The notes: a model not told the origin generated them from the sequence alone. 64,000 nt of DNA from a virus (IMGVR_UViG_3300012347_000364:158826-222825), one strand, 5' to 3'; shown: positions 30,650-41,549, counted from the stretch's first letter. Translations and numbers: made by a program.

Positions 30650-31666
30650 ATGTCTCAAAAAGAACTTTTAGAAAAAGCATCTGACCCAGTTGGTGGTGGC
30701 GCTACAGGCGTTACTAAATCAGCTGATCCAGTCGCTACAGGAAATGCAAGTGCTAATCGCGATGCTGACAAGCAGCAAGGCGATACAGCTACTAAGAAAC
30801 TAGACGGTACAGTACAAGATACTGATATGCAGAACAACACAGCACCAACAGGTGATGCTGCTGCATCTAACGCTGCTACAATCAAAACTAAGCCAAGCGC
30901 TGCTTCTGCTTCTGTTAAAGAAGAGATCGACGGTTTGTTCGGTGAAGATTTGTCGGAAGACTTCAAATTGAAGGCTACTACAATTTTTGAAGCTGCTGTT
31001 GCTGGCCGTATCGCTGAAGAGCGTGCTACTCTTGAAGAAGAGTTTGCTGCTGCTAAAGTTGAATTGGAAGAATCATTTGAAGCTGCTCGTGCAGAACTAG
31101 TCGAAGAATTGTCTACGCAAGTAAGCGATTATCTTGACTACGTCGTTGAGCAGTGGATGGCTGAGAACCAAGTTGCTATCGAGTCTTCATTGAATGCTCA
31201 GATTGCAGAAGAGTTCATGGGCAAGTTGAAGACTTTGTTTGCAGAGTCATACATTCACGTCCCAGAAGAAAAGATTGATGTTGTTGAAGAGCTTGCTGCT
31301 AAATTGGAAGAAATCGAATCCAAGTATAACAGCGTAGTTGAAGAAAACATCGAATTGCGTGGTATTGTTGAAACCAACACTCAAAGTGAAATCTTTGATG
31401 AAGTTTCAGAAGGCCTAGTAATGACACAAGTCGAGAAGTTCCGTACTTTGGCTGAAGGTGTGTCGTTTGACAGTGCTGATACATATCGCAAGAAGCTTGA
31501 GATCGTTAAAGAGCAATACTTCGCTGAGAAGAAAGCTGACGTTAAAGAGATCGTAGAGCAAGAGATGGTTGAATTGGATGAAGAAGTACAACATGCACCA
31601 GCAGCTAAGTCTACAGGTCCTGTTGCTAACTACGTTTCAGCAATTTCAAGAACAGCCAAGAAATAA
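30650..31666 (+). CDS. gp22: Prohead scaffold gp22
   Basis: LSEDFK.KATTIFEAAV, YLDYVVEQW..EN. Confidence 0.92.
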   Translation: MSQKELLEKASDPVGGGATGVTKSADPVATGNASANRDADKQQGDTATKKLDGTVQDTDMQNNTAPTGDAAASNAATIKTKPSAASASVKEEIDGLFGEDLSEDFKLKATTIFEAAVAGRIAEERATLEEEFAAAKVELEESFEAARAELVEELSTQVSDYLDYVVEQWMAENQVAIESSLNAQIAEEFMGKLKTLFAESYIHVPEEKIDVVEELAAKLEEIESKYNSVVEENIELRGIVETNTQSEIFDEVSEGLVMTQVEKFRTLAEGVSFDSADTYRKKLEIVKEQYFAEKKADVKEIVEQEMVELDEEVQHAPAAKSTGPVANYVSAISRTAKK

Positions 31667-31720
31667 GTTTTATAAATAAGTTTAGAACCCAATATTTTTA
31701 ACAAGGAAAGGGAAACCACA

Positions 31721-33040
31721 ATGTACTTATCAGAAGACATTCAAAACAAATGGAAGCCTGTCGTCGAGCACGCAGACCTACCTAAGATCACTGACGCTCA
31801 CAAGCGTGGCGTAACTGCTGTTCTTTTAGAGAACACAGAGCGCGCGTTGCGTGAAAGCGGTGGCCGTAGCCAAGGTTCGTTGTTGTCCGAAGCAGCTCCA
31901 GCAAACGCAACAGGCAATGACATCGACAATTTCGACCCAGTGTTGATTTCGTTGGTTCGCCGTGCAATGCCTAACTTGATCGCTTATGACATCTGCGGCG
32001 TACAACCGATGACTGGCCCAACAGGCTTGATCTTCGCTATGCGCGCTAAGTATGGCACACAAGCAAACAACGCAACTGAATCGTTCTACAACGAAGTTAA
32101 CACACAGTACTCTTCTGTTACTGGTGGTGCTAACACGCTTGGTGACAAGCACGTTGGTGGCGTTCCAGGCGTTGCAAACAACGCTGAAGCTGGCCTGTAT
32201 AACTACGGTGCTGGTATGTCTTTGGCTCAAGGCGAAGCTTTGGGTACATCTGGCAACACAGCGTTCCCAGAAATGGCATTCTCCATCGAGAAAGTATCTG
32301 TAACTGCAAAGACTCGTGCTTTGAAGGCAGAATACACAATGGAATTGGCACAAGACTTGAAGGCTATCCACGGTCTTGACGCTGAAACAGAATTGTCAAA
32401 CATCTTGACAACAGAAATCTTGGCTGAAATTAACCGTGAAGTCGTTCGTACTATCGCTGTTACAGCTACTCAAGGTGCTTCTTCCGGTACTACAACTGCA
32501 GGTCGTTTCGACTTGGACGTTGATGCTAACGGTCGTTGGTCTGTTGAAAAGTTCAAGGGCTTGATGTTCCAAGTTGAACGCGAAGCTAACCAAATTGCCA
32601 AGTCCACACGTCGTGGTAAGGGTAACATCATCATTTGTTCTTCGGACGTCGCTTCCGCATTGCAAATGGCTGGTGTTTTGGACTACGCTCCTGCATTGAA
32701 CAGCAACAACTTGCAAGTTGATGACACAGGCGCTACATTCGCTGGCGTGTTGAACGGCCGTATCAAGGTTTATATCGACCCATATGCAACTGGCAACTAC
32801 ATGGTTGTTGGCTACAAGGGCGCATCTAGCTTTGACGCTGGTTTGTTCTACTGCCCATACGTTCCATTGCAAATGGTTCGTGCTGTCGATCAAGGTTCTT
32901 TCCAACCTAAGATCGGCTTCAAGACTCGCTACGGCATGGTTGCAAACCCATTTGCTGAAGGTGCTACAGCTGGTCTAGGCGCATTGACAAAAGACTCTAA
33001 CGTGTACTACCGTCGCGTTCTAGTTGACAACATTCTTTAA
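31721..33040 (+). CDS. gp23: Major capsid protein gp23
   Basis: DPVLISLVRR.MPNLIAYD.CGVQPM.GPTGLIFAMR; FQPKIGFKTRYG; TATAAATA at 31671. Confidence 0.98.
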   Translation: MYLSEDIQNKWKPVVEHADLPKITDAHKRGVTAVLLENTERALRESGGRSQGSLLSEAAPANATGNDIDNFDPVLISLVRRAMPNLIAYDICGVQPMTGPTGLIFAMRAKYGTQANNATESFYNEVNTQYSSVTGGANTLGDKHVGGVPGVANNAEAGLYNYGAGMSLAQGEALGTSGNTAFPEMAFSIEKVSVTAKTRALKAEYTMELAQDLKAIHGLDAETELSNILTTEILAEINREVVRTIAVTATQGASSGTTTAGRFDLDVDANGRWSVEKFKGLMFQVEREANQIAKSTRRGKGNIIICSSDVASALQMAGVLDYAPALNSNNLQVDDTGATFAGVLNGRIKVYIDPYATGNYMVVGYKGASSFDAGLFYCPYVPLQMVRAVDQGSFQPKIGFKTRYGMVANPFAEGATAGLGALTKDSNVYYRRVLVDNIL

Positions 33041-33101
33041 TTAGAATGGGCCACCGAAAGGTGGCGTCAATTAAAATTAAGTCCCCGAAGAGGGATGATT
33101 T

Positions 33102-33129
33102 AAAGAGGCTCCAAGTGGGCCTCTTTTTT
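33102..33129 (+). terminator. Rho-independent terminator after gp23
   Basis: AGAGGCTC/GGGCCTCT stem followed by a T run. Confidence 0.8.
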
Positions 33130-33158
33130 CGTCTGGATAAATAGTAACAGGAGATTAT

Positions 33159-33665
33159 ATGGCAACTGCAAATATCAACAAGAACTTTTTATCCCCGTTA
33201 GGGTTCCGTTTTTCTATTAAGAAGACGCCTAACATAAACTACTTCGTTCAATCGGTCAATGTACCGTCGGTTGCATTAGGCCAAGTTTCCGTTCCTACTC
33301 CATTTTCACGTATTCCGTTAGCTGGCGATCATGTCGAGTATGGTGACCTCACCATATCCTTCAAGGTTGATGAAGAGATGAAGAACTACATGGAAATATA
33401 CAATTGGATTCAAGCAATTGGGTTTCCTGATAATTTTAGCCAGTATAATGATATTACAAGAGCACAGATGGGTGATGGTGTATACTCCGATCTGACCCTA
33501 ACTATACTGACGAGTGCTATGAATCCAAAGCACATAATCACATATGTTGATGCGTATCCTATTAGTTTGACTGACCTTGAATTTGATTCGAGAATGCCAG
33601 ATGTAGAGTATATTGAAGCGACAGCTACATTCAGATGTCGAAAGTTTAACATAGAAACGTTGTAA
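33159..33665 (+). CDS. gp3: Tail completion protein gp3-like
   Basis: NFLSP.GF.F...K.P...YF.Q..N.P, F.VDE.M.NY.EI.NW; position after gp23. Confidence 0.8.
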   Translation: MATANINKNFLSPLGFRFSIKKTPNINYFVQSVNVPSVALGQVSVPTPFSRIPLAGDHVEYGDLTISFKVDEEMKNYMEIYNWIQAIGFPDNFSQYNDITRAQMGDGVYSDLTLTILTSAMNPKHIITYVDAYPISLTDLEFDSRMPDVEYIEATATFRCRKFNIETL

Positions 33666-33724
33666 CTTAACACTTTATGAGGGATAATGTGAATTAACTT
33701 TGTCCTTTTTATACTGATGATATT

Positions 33725-34159
33725 ATGAAACTTGATGAAATCCAAATGATGTGGGAGCGTGATGCGCAAGTCGACCGAACAGAACTCGGTGAAGAAGCGC
33801 TGCGTATTCCTATGCTCCACTCCAAATATTTTAAAGTATTCTCTGCTGAGCGCTTATTGCTGCGTAAGCTTGAGGCAGACTTTAAAACAACATACCGAGA
33901 CAAGTATGAGTGGTACAACGGTACTATCTCAGAAGAGACACTCAAAGCCCACGAATGGGAACCTAATCCGTTGAAGATCCTACGTACAGATATTCCAATG
34001 CACTTGGAAGCTGATAGAGATATTCAAACCATTGCATTGAAGATTGAAATGCAAAAGGAAAAGGTCGACTTTGTGGAATCTATCATCAAAAGCTTGACCG
34101 CTCGAGGGTTTAACATTAAGTCAGCCATCGAATGGGAGCGATTCAAAATGGGTGCTTGA
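33725..34159 (+). CDS. uvsY: Recombination mediator UvsY
   Basis: W..D..D...L..E...IP.LHSKY; R.F.IK.AIEW..F..G. Confidence 0.9.
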   Translation: MKLDEIQMMWERDAQVDRTELGEEALRIPMLHSKYFKVFSAERLLLRKLEADFKTTYRDKYEWYNGTISEETLKAHEWEPNPLKILRTDIPMHLEADRDIQTIALKIEMQKEKVDFVESIIKSLTARGFNIKSAIEWERFKMGA

Positions 34160-35619
34160 TGGCTGACCTAATTATAGAAAAGTACAACTCTGTATACAAT
34201 AAAGTCCATTGCGACACAGCAATTGGATATGAGCTAGGAGAGTATTTTACTTTTCAAGTACCAGGTGCGCGTTTTATTCCTGCTGTAAGAGCTAAGAAGT
34301 GGGATGGTAAAGTTCGTTTATTTAATACTGGTACGCATTTGATATACGGTGGATTGAACCATTATATTGAAGCATTTGCAAAAGAACGCAATTATGAGGT
34401 CGGTTGTCTCACAGACTTCTCACCTAAAGAATTCACAATTGATGATGCTAAGAAGTTCATTGCTAAACTCGATTTAACAATGCAGCCTAGAGATTATCAG
34501 TTAGAAGCATTTGTTCACGCTGTACAGGAACAAAGAACGCTGTTATTATCGCCTACTGCGTCTGGTAAGTCTTTCATCATCTTCTTGTTGATGTGTTATG
34601 CTATGACAAAGACGGACGGTAAGTGTTTGGTTATCGTCCCTACAACATCACTTGTTCATCAAATGGTATCAGACTTCGCGTCTTACACTACAAATGAATA
34701 CCTACAAAACATGGCACATAAAATCATGTATGGGTATGATACTGAATCAGATAAGCGAGTATTCGTTTCTACGTGGCAGTCAATTTACAAGATGCCAAAG
34801 AAGTGGTTCGAAAAGTTTGGTTGTGTTATTGGTGATGAGGCTCATCTGTTTAAAGCTAATAGCTTGACGGGTATAGTTAATAAGATGGTTGATTGTGATT
34901 TTAGATTTGGATTCACAGGTACGCTCGATGGTTCACATACGCACAAACTTGTTCTAGAAGGGCTATTTGGCGCTGTACGCAAGGTTACGACAACTGCCAC
35001 GCTGATTGAGCAGAAACACCTTGCTGCGTTCGATATCAAGTGCATTGTGCTCAAATACCCCGACAAAGCTCGTGAGCTGATGAAGAAAGCTGATTATCAG
35101 GATGAGATTGATTGGATTGTCCGCCACGATGGTCGTAACAAATTCATTAAGAATCTTGCAATGTCTCTAAAGGGAAACACATTGATTCTGTTTCAATTTG
35201 TCGAGAAGCATGGTAAAGTGCTCCATACGTTATTCGATGGATGTGGTAGAGATGTGGTTCTCGTACACGGTGAAGTTGATTCGTTAGTGCGTGAAGAGGT
35301 ACGTCAGGTAGCAGAAAAGAACAATGATATGATTATCGTTGCCTCGTATGGTACGTTCTCTACAGGCGTTAACATCAAGAACCTACATAATGTTATATTT
35401 GCGAGCCCTTCTAAATCACGCGTTCGTAACTTGCAATCTATCGGTCGTGGATTGCGTAAGAGCGACACAAAGACATCGGCTACGTTATATGATATTGCAG
35501 ACGACCTTAGCTGGAAGTCACACAAAAACCATACACTCCTGCACTTCGCAGAACGTATTAAAATTTACGGCGAAGAACAATTCGAATACAAGATCTTCAC
35601 TGTAGATCTGAAAGGATAA
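34159..35619 (+). CDS. uvsW: DNA helicase UvsW
   Basis: WDGK.RLF, PRDYQ, SPTASGKS, DEAH, LQSIGRGLR. Confidence 0.95.
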   Translation: MADLIIEKYNSVYNKVHCDTAIGYELGEYFTFQVPGARFIPAVRAKKWDGKVRLFNTGTHLIYGGLNHYIEAFAKERNYEVGCLTDFSPKEFTIDDAKKFIAKLDLTMQPRDYQLEAFVHAVQEQRTLLLSPTASGKSFIIFLLMCYAMTKTDGKCLVIVPTTSLVHQMVSDFASYTTNEYLQNMAHKIMYGYDTESDKRVFVSTWQSIYKMPKKWFEKFGCVIGDEAHLFKANSLTGIVNKMVDCDFRFGFTGTLDGSHTHKLVLEGLFGAVRKVTTTATLIEQKHLAAFDIKCIVLKYPDKARELMKKADYQDEIDWIVRHDGRNKFIKNLAMSLKGNTLILFQFVEKHGKVLHTLFDGCGRDVVLVHGEVDSLVREEVRQVAEKNNDMIIVASYGTFSTGVNIKNLHNVIFASPSKSRVRNLQSIGRGLRKSDTKTSATLYDIADDLSWKSHKNHTLLHFAERIKIYGEEQFEYKIFTVDLKG

Positions 35620-35620
35620 G

Positions 35621-36025
35621 ATGCTAGCATTAATAAAATTACAAAATGGCCAAGAGATGATTGGTAATGTTTTGGAGGAAAGTGTTGCTAAAATAACGGT
35701 CGAAGATCCTTTACAGATCAACTATAGATTGGTTGCTACCCAACCAATGCCTACAGTTAGCGTTAGTCGCTATATGCCATTCTCTAATGATACTGTGTTC
35801 ACGTTTGACAAACTCGATTTGCTTCATGTAGTGGAACCAAAGAAAGCGATGGCTGAGTATTACAAAAACGCCTTGATCAACTACAAGGAAGTGATCGACG
35901 ATAGTGTTGAACAAGAGTTGATGAGTGCTTCTGCATCTGATGAATTTGAGGGTAGTGAAGATGAGATGAACGATGCGTATAGTGCGTTGTTGGAGAGAAT
36001 TAACCTAAAGGGTCCACTAAACTAG
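35621..36025 (+). CDS. Hypothetical protein (conserved position between uvsW and gp55)
   Basis: IKL.NG.E.IG Sm-like start; AGGA RBS. Confidence 0.65.
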   Translation: MLALIKLQNGQEMIGNVLEESVAKITVEDPLQINYRLVATQPMPTVSVSRYMPFSNDTVFTFDKLDLLHVVEPKKAMAEYYKNALINYKEVIDDSVEQELMSASASDEFEGSEDEMNDAYSALLERINLKGPLN

Positions 36026-36082
36026 TTGACTTTTGGGCTACTTTGTTTTATGCTTACCTTAGTTTACATTTAAGGAGTTTTG

Positions 36083-36676
36083 ATGGCGACACATTATGTC
36101 GATAATAAGCAGCTATACGCATGCATCGTTGATTATAGAGAGCGCGTGCTAGCAGCCAAGGAAAATGGCACAGAGCGACCGATCATCCCCAATTATATCG
36201 GGGAGTGCATTCTTATGATTGCTAATAGGCTTTCTACTAAGCCTAACTTCATCAACTATTCATATAGAGAAGAGATGATTTCCGATGGAGTCGAGAATTG
36301 TATTTGTTATATTGATAATTTTGATCCTCTTAAAAGTACTAACCCCTTCGCCTACTTTACCCAAATCATCTACTATGCCTTCTTACGTCGTATTCTGAAG
36401 GAAAAGAAACAAGTCTATATCAAACACAAGATGTTTGAAAATAGCATGTTGATGAATGAGCTCATTGAGCAGAGTGAGTATGATGAGAAGGATATGGCTC
36501 CTTCATACATCGATATGGAAAACGATAACGTGTTCGACTTTATCAAAACATTCGAGGACAATCTCTTAGCCAAGAAAAAGAAACGCAAAAAAGGTATTGA
36601 GAATTTCTTAGAAGAAGAACAAATCCCCGCGACAGGCGAACAGGATCTAATGATCGACCCCGACTTGGAGGATTAA
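36083..36676 (+). CDS. gp55: Late-transcription sigma factor gp55
   Basis: HYVDNK, NYIGEC...IA..LS.KPNF.NY.YREEMI.DG.ENC, NPFAYFTQI.YYAF.RRI.KEK. Confidence 0.95.
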   Translation: MATHYVDNKQLYACIVDYRERVLAAKENGTERPIIPNYIGECILMIANRLSTKPNFINYSYREEMISDGVENCICYIDNFDPLKSTNPFAYFTQIIYYAFLRRILKEKKQVYIKHKMFENSMLMNELIEQSEYDEKDMAPSYIDMENDNVFDFIKTFEDNLLAKKKKRKKGIENFLEEEQIPATGEQDLMIDPDLED

Positions 36677-36677
36677 T

Positions 36678-37739
36678 ATGAAGGTTGCAATTTTAGGTGA
36701 CACACATTTCGGCGCACGTAACGACAATCTTAGCTTTCATGCTTTCTTCGAGAAGTTCTATAGAGATACGTTCTTCCCCTACCTCGAAGAACATGGTATT
36801 ACAGAAGTAATTCAATTGGGAGATGTGTTCGACCGCCGGAAGTATATCAACTTCCAAACGCTTCGTTCGTGTCGCGACTACTTCTTCCAACCAATGGTTG
36901 ATCGAGGTATTACTGCCCATATCATTGTTGGCAACCACGACACCTACTATAAGAACACTAACGATGTAAACTCATTGAACCTTCTTCTCCAAGAATACAA
37001 GAACGTTAAAGTATATGAGAAGCCTACTCATATTGAGTTTGAAGACTTTAAGATGTTGATGGTACCTTGGATCTGCCAAGACAACGAAAAAGAATGCCTC
37101 GATGCTATTGTAACAACCGATGCTAAGATGGTGGTCGGCCACTTTGAGATTAGTGGGTTCGAAATGTATCGCGGCGCGTTGTGCGACGAAGGTATGGACA
37201 TGAAGTTGTTTAGAGAAGGGCTCCCAGTCATCTCTGGTCACTTCCATCACAAGTCGTCACATGGTTCGATTCACTATCTCGGTACACCATACGAAATTAC
37301 GTGGTCCGATTATAGCGACATGAAAGGTTTCCATATATTGGACACAGACACTGAGACGCTGACGTTCGTTCAGAACCCTAACGTAATGTTCCATAAAGTT
37401 CATTACGATGATCTTGATATGTCTCTTAACGAGATCCTCGATGTAGACTTTGAGCAGTATCGTAGCACGATTGTTAAAATCATTGTACGCAACAAGACGA
37501 ATCCGCATTGGTTTGATATGTACGTCGACAAGCTCGAGAAGGCTGGCGTACTAGACATGCAGGTGGTGGAAGACCACTTCCATTTAGATCTTGAAGCGGA
37601 TGATGATATTGTTAATGAAGCAGAAGACACGTTGACTATTTTAAACAAGTATGTTGATTCTATGCAAATACAAGGTGACCGTCAAAGACTTGACAATTTG
37701 ATGAGAACGTTGTACCATGATGCGTTGACTTTGGAGTAA
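36678..37739 (+). CDS. gp47: Recombination endonuclease subunit gp47 (Mre11/SbcD-like)
   Basis: GDTHFG, LGD.FD.RK, GNHD, SGHFH. Confidence 0.93.
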   Translation: MKVAILGDTHFGARNDNLSFHAFFEKFYRDTFFPYLEEHGITEVIQLGDVFDRRKYINFQTLRSCRDYFFQPMVDRGITAHIIVGNHDTYYKNTNDVNSLNLLLQEYKNVKVYEKPTHIEFEDFKMLMVPWICQDNEKECLDAIVTTDAKMVVGHFEISGFEMYRGALCDEGMDMKLFREGLPVISGHFHHKSSHGSIHYLGTPYEITWSDYSDMKGFHILDTDTETLTFVQNPNVMFHKVHYDDLDMSLNEILDVDFEQYRSTIVKIIVRNKTNPHWFDMYVDKLEKAGVLDMQVVEDHFHLDLEADDDIVNEAEDTLTILNKYVDSMQIQGDRQRLDNLMRTLYHDALTLE

Positions 37740-37742
37740 TGA

Positions 37743-39458
37743 TTGATCTATTTTAAATGTATTCGTTGGAAGAACTTGTTAAGTACAGGTAACGTCTTTA
37801 CGGAAATTGTATTTGATAAGCATAAAACGACTTTGATTGTCGGTGAGAATGGTGCAGGTAAGTCTACGATCCTGGACGCGTTGTCGTTTGGTTTGTATGG
37901 AACACCGTTTCGCAGGGTCAACAAGAACCAACTAATCAATACAGTCAACGGTAAGGGTACTGTTGTTGAATTGGAATTCAGCGTAGGACGTAAAGAGTAT
38001 AAGATTGTTCGAGGTATCAAACCAAATGTGTTTGAAATTTACAGCGACGGTACTCTGGTTGACCAGCATGCTGATGCAAAAGAATATCAGGAGATGTTAG
38101 AATCTCAGATCCTCAAACTCAATCAGAAATCGTTTGCACAGATTGTTATCTTAGGATCAGCCTCCTTCGTTCCGTTCATGCAGTTAAAGACGGCTCATAG
38201 ACGTGAGATTGTGGAAGATTTGCTAGACATTGGTATCTTCTCAACGATGAATAGCTTATTGAAGGATAAGATTGCAGTCAACCGAATCAAATCAACAGAT
38301 GCTGATTACAAAGTCAAGAGCAATGCTGATAAGATTGAGATGCATAAGAAGCATATCGATTCACTAAAGCAAAATAACGACGAACTGATTGCACAGAAGC
38401 AACAGCAGCTAACTAAGCTCAACGAAGATATCGATTCTGCTAATGGTGATGTTGCAAAGATTAGTAGTGAAATTGACACGCTCTCTAGCACGATTGACGA
38501 CCAAGATAAGGTGCGAACAAAGCTAGAGAAAATCAGACAGATCTCAGCAAAAGTCGACAGCCGTCTAGACAAGATTAAGAAAGACATCCAGTTCTTCGAC
38601 GCCCATGATGACTGCCCAACTTGCCGTCAGGGTATTGCTCACGACCATAAGGCTGAAATTCTTGAAAAGAATAACACTCAGGTCGACGAAATCGAGCAAG
38701 GCAAGTCGCAAATTGCAGCTGAACTGAATAGTATCAATACCAGGCTTGCTGAAATTACAAGCGTCTCTTCTATGATATCCTCTAAGAACAGAGAAGTATC
38801 AGACCTCCTCGTGCAGGTCCGAACATGGACTTCGTTCGTGAAAGGCATTAATAAGGAGATTGAAGATCTTTCCAAGAACACTAAACAGATCGACGCTAAC
38901 AATGATGAGATCAACAACTTGAAGGAAGCTCTTAAACAAGCTATTCAGGAGAAGGAAGATCTAGCGCGCGACAAGCAAGTGTATGATATTGCTGCTACGT
39001 TATTGAAGGATACTGGCATCAAAACGAAGATCATCAAACAATATGTTCCCGTGATCAATAAACTGATCAACAAATATCTTGCAGCAATGGACTTCTTTGT
39101 CAGCTTCGAGCTTGATGAGAATTTTGAAGAAACTATTAAATCGAGGTTCCGCGATGAGTTTACATACGACAGCTTCTCTGAAGGAGAAAAGATGCGAATC
39201 GACTTGGCTTTGTTATTCGCTTGGCGCGCAGTTGCGAAATTACGCAATAGTGCTTCTACCAATCTACTCATCATGGACGAAGTGTTTGACAGTTCTTTAG
39301 ACTCAACAGGAACGGATGAGTTTTTGAAGATTCTGAATGGTATTACTGGCGATACTAATACGTTCATCATTAGTCACAAAGGTGACCAGTTATTTGAAAA
39401 GTTTGAGCACGTAATTAAGTTTGAGAAGCATAAGAATTTTAGTAGGATCGCGTCATGA
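37743..39458 (+). CDS. gp46: Recombination ATPase gp46 (Rad50/SbcC-like)
   Basis: GENGAGKST, CPTC hook, SFSEGEK signature, DEVFD. Confidence 0.95.
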   Translation: MIYFKCIRWKNLLSTGNVFTEIVFDKHKTTLIVGENGAGKSTILDALSFGLYGTPFRRVNKNQLINTVNGKGTVVELEFSVGRKEYKIVRGIKPNVFEIYSDGTLVDQHADAKEYQEMLESQILKLNQKSFAQIVILGSASFVPFMQLKTAHRREIVEDLLDIGIFSTMNSLLKDKIAVNRIKSTDADYKVKSNADKIEMHKKHIDSLKQNNDELIAQKQQQLTKLNEDIDSANGDVAKISSEIDTLSSTIDDQDKVRTKLEKIRQISAKVDSRLDKIKKDIQFFDAHDDCPTCRQGIAHDHKAEILEKNNTQVDEIEQGKSQIAAELNSINTRLAEITSVSSMISSKNREVSDLLVQVRTWTSFVKGINKEIEDLSKNTKQIDANNDEINNLKEALKQAIQEKEDLARDKQVYDIAATLLKDTGIKTKIIKQYVPVINKLINKYLAAMDFFVSFELDENFEETIKSRFRDEFTYDSFSEGEKMRIDLALLFAWRAVAKLRNSASTNLLIMDEVFDSSLDSTGTDEFLKILNGITGDTNTFIISHKGDQLFEKFEHVIKFEKHKNFSRIAS

Positions 39459-40075
39459 TTTATAGTTTAGAGCCGCACAATATACAGCTCGGCACAACCC
39501 TTTGTCCTCCATATGCTTGGTGGGATGGTGGTTTTACGGAAGAAGACCTGGCTAAGCTGGATGATATGTTCAAAAACTCCAAACTTGACAAGGGTGTTGT
39601 CGGTACAGGTGATGGTGCAGCTGGGGGATCGCGCGTCGATCTGAATATACGGAATAGTGATGTGGGATTTAAATACACCACTCACGACGATGTGTGGTTC
39701 CTCGATAGAGTCAAGGGATATATAAATTCATTGAACCGAGATTATTATAGATTTGATCTGCGCGCAATCGAGTGTATGCAGTTTACGACCTACAATGGTG
39801 ATGAGAAAGGTCATTATGGTTGGCACACCGACTCTGGGTTTGGTTTGAGTACTAACAATACACGCAAGCTATCGTTTGTCATGTTTATGTCTAATCCGTC
39901 AGAATATGAAGGCGGCCAGTTTCAAATACTAATTGACAATGATCCTATCAACGTCGAGCAGATAAAAGGACGAATTGTAGTATTTCCATCTCATACGCTT
40001 CACCGCGTTACTCCCGTCACGAAGGGTATAAGAAAGAGTATTGTTACGTGGTCTACAGGCCCGTTGTTTGTATAG
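39455..40075 (+). CDS. 2OG-Fe(II) oxygenase
   Basis: WHTD, RKLS, YEGG, FPS..LH.VTPVTKG.R.S. Confidence 0.88.
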   Translation: MIYSLEPHNIQLGTTLCPPYAWWDGGFTEEDLAKLDDMFKNSKLDKGVVGTGDGAAGGSRVDLNIRNSDVGFKYTTHDDVWFLDRVKGYINSLNRDYYRFDLRAIECMQFTTYNGDEKGHYGWHTDSGFGLSTNNTRKLSFVMFMSNPSEYEGGQFQILIDNDPINVEQIKGRIVVFPSHTLHRVTPVTKGIRKSIVTWSTGPLFV

Positions 40076-40086
40076 AAAGTTATAAC

Positions 40087-40668
40087 ATGATTTTAAAATT
40101 AGTAGAACCAGGGCACCCTGCCCTATTGAAAGAAATCGAAGATTTTGATTTCGCAAATCCACCATGCGACCCTGTGCAATTAGCTAACGACTTAATTGAG
40201 ACAATGCATGCTAATAAAGGTATCGGGTTGGCTGCAAACCAATGTGGTCTACCATTTCGAGCATTTGCATTGTGGTCGCAAGAGCCATTGGTGATGTTCA
40301 ATCCTCGTATCGTCGATCAGACGACCGAACTCGTTTCTTTGGACGAAGGGTGCTTGACTTTTCCTAACTTATTCGTTAAAATCAAACGGCCGAAAGCTGT
40401 CAAGGTTCGTTATCAAGATGTTGATGGCAACGTTATTACTGAAAAGTATATTGGAATGACGGCACGAGGAATCCTACATGAGCTCGATCATTTGAACGGA
40501 GTCATGTACACTAAGCGCGCATCGACTGTACTTCTGGCTAGAGCACAGAATCAGAAGAAGCAATTGGATCGTAAACTGAAGCGTGGCGAAGTATACTACA
40601 AGCCTTCTGAGCTACCACCTGTTAATGTTAATTTGAATGGACAAGAGAATGAAAATCAGAGTATCTGA
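40087..40668 (+). CDS. def: Peptide deformylase
   Basis: GIGLAANQ, EGCLT and HELDH motifs. Confidence 0.93.
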   Translation: MILKLVEPGHPALLKEIEDFDFANPPCDPVQLANDLIETMHANKGIGLAANQCGLPFRAFALWSQEPLVMFNPRIVDQTTELVSLDEGCLTFPNLFVKIKRPKAVKVRYQDVDGNVITEKYIGMTARGILHELDHLNGVMYTKRASTVLLARAQNQKKQLDRKLKRGEVYYKPSELPPVNVNLNGQENENQSI

Positions 40669-41548
40669 AATGTTTTATAGCTTCCAAGGCGAAGCTCTGC
40701 ACGCTGGTAAACCAAGCGCTTGGATTCGTTTCTTCGGATGTAATCTAGAATGTAACGGCTTCGGTCAAGATGACCCTACCAATCCTGAAACGTACGTCTT
40801 GCCATACCAGACGTTTAACATCGAATCAATTAAGAGAGTAGAAGACTTGCCCGTCTGGCAGCATGGTTGCGACTCTTCATACTCATGGTCTGCAAAGTAT
40901 AAGCACCTTGTAAGCGATTATAAAGCTACCGATATCGCGGATAAGCTAACTGATATGATGCGTCACGATACGAATCCGGACGGTAAATGGGTACATCCAA
41001 TTACAAAGACGGATACGCAATTATGCTTTACGGGTGGCGAACCGATGATGTGGCAGAAAGCAATGGTTGCTATTGTCAAGGAGTTTGAGGAGCGTGGTGA
41101 TAAGCCTAAACTCATTACTATCGAGACTAATGCCACACAAAAGATCTTGCCGTTCATGGCACAAATGATCGACTACTCTGGTATCGATATTCATTTCGCT
41201 ATGTCGCCGAAGCTGTTTACGGTCTCTGGTGAGAAGGATGCAGTTGTACCATCGATAATTGCTTCATACATCCATTCTGGCTTTTCGCATGTGATTAAAT
41301 TCGTTGTTAACGGAACAGAAGCATGTTGGGCAGAAGTTGATCAAGCCGTTAAAGACATTCGCGAAGCCGTTGCAGCCCAGGCACCAGGTTTAGGCGACCC
41401 ACAATTCTGGGTAATGCCTGTTGGAGCAACGAAGGATCAACAAGAAGATGTCCAGGTTGCTAATATCAGTATGGAAGCTATGAAGCGTGGGTTCAACGTT
41501 GCTACGCGTAACCATTGCTATGTGTTCGGTAACGTGATCGGAAAATAA
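40637..41548 (+). CDS. queE: 7-carboxy-7-deazaguanine synthase (radical SAM)
   Basis: E.FYSFQGE, RFFGCNLEC...GCDS.Y, FTGGEP, IETN, SPKL; start may be 40649. Confidence 0.85.
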   Translation: MDKRMKIRVSEMFYSFQGEALHAGKPSAWIRFFGCNLECNGFGQDDPTNPETYVLPYQTFNIESIKRVEDLPVWQHGCDSSYSWSAKYKHLVSDYKATDIADKLTDMMRHDTNPDGKWVHPITKTDTQLCFTGGEPMMWQKAMVAIVKEFEERGDKPKLITIETNATQKILPFMAQMIDYSGIDIHFAMSPKLFTVSGEKDAVVPSIIASYIHSGFSHVIKFVVNGTEACWAEVDQAVKDIREAVAAQAPGLGDPQFWVMPVGATKDQQEDVQVANISMEAMKRGFNVATRNHCYVFGNVIGK

Positions 41549-41549
41549 T

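Noticed and set aside
22466-39458. Genome-wide UGA-to-Trp recoding
   Set aside because: gp17, uvsY and gp46 end at TGA at expected lengths, conserved Trp residues use TGG, and no tRNA with a TCA anticodon is seen
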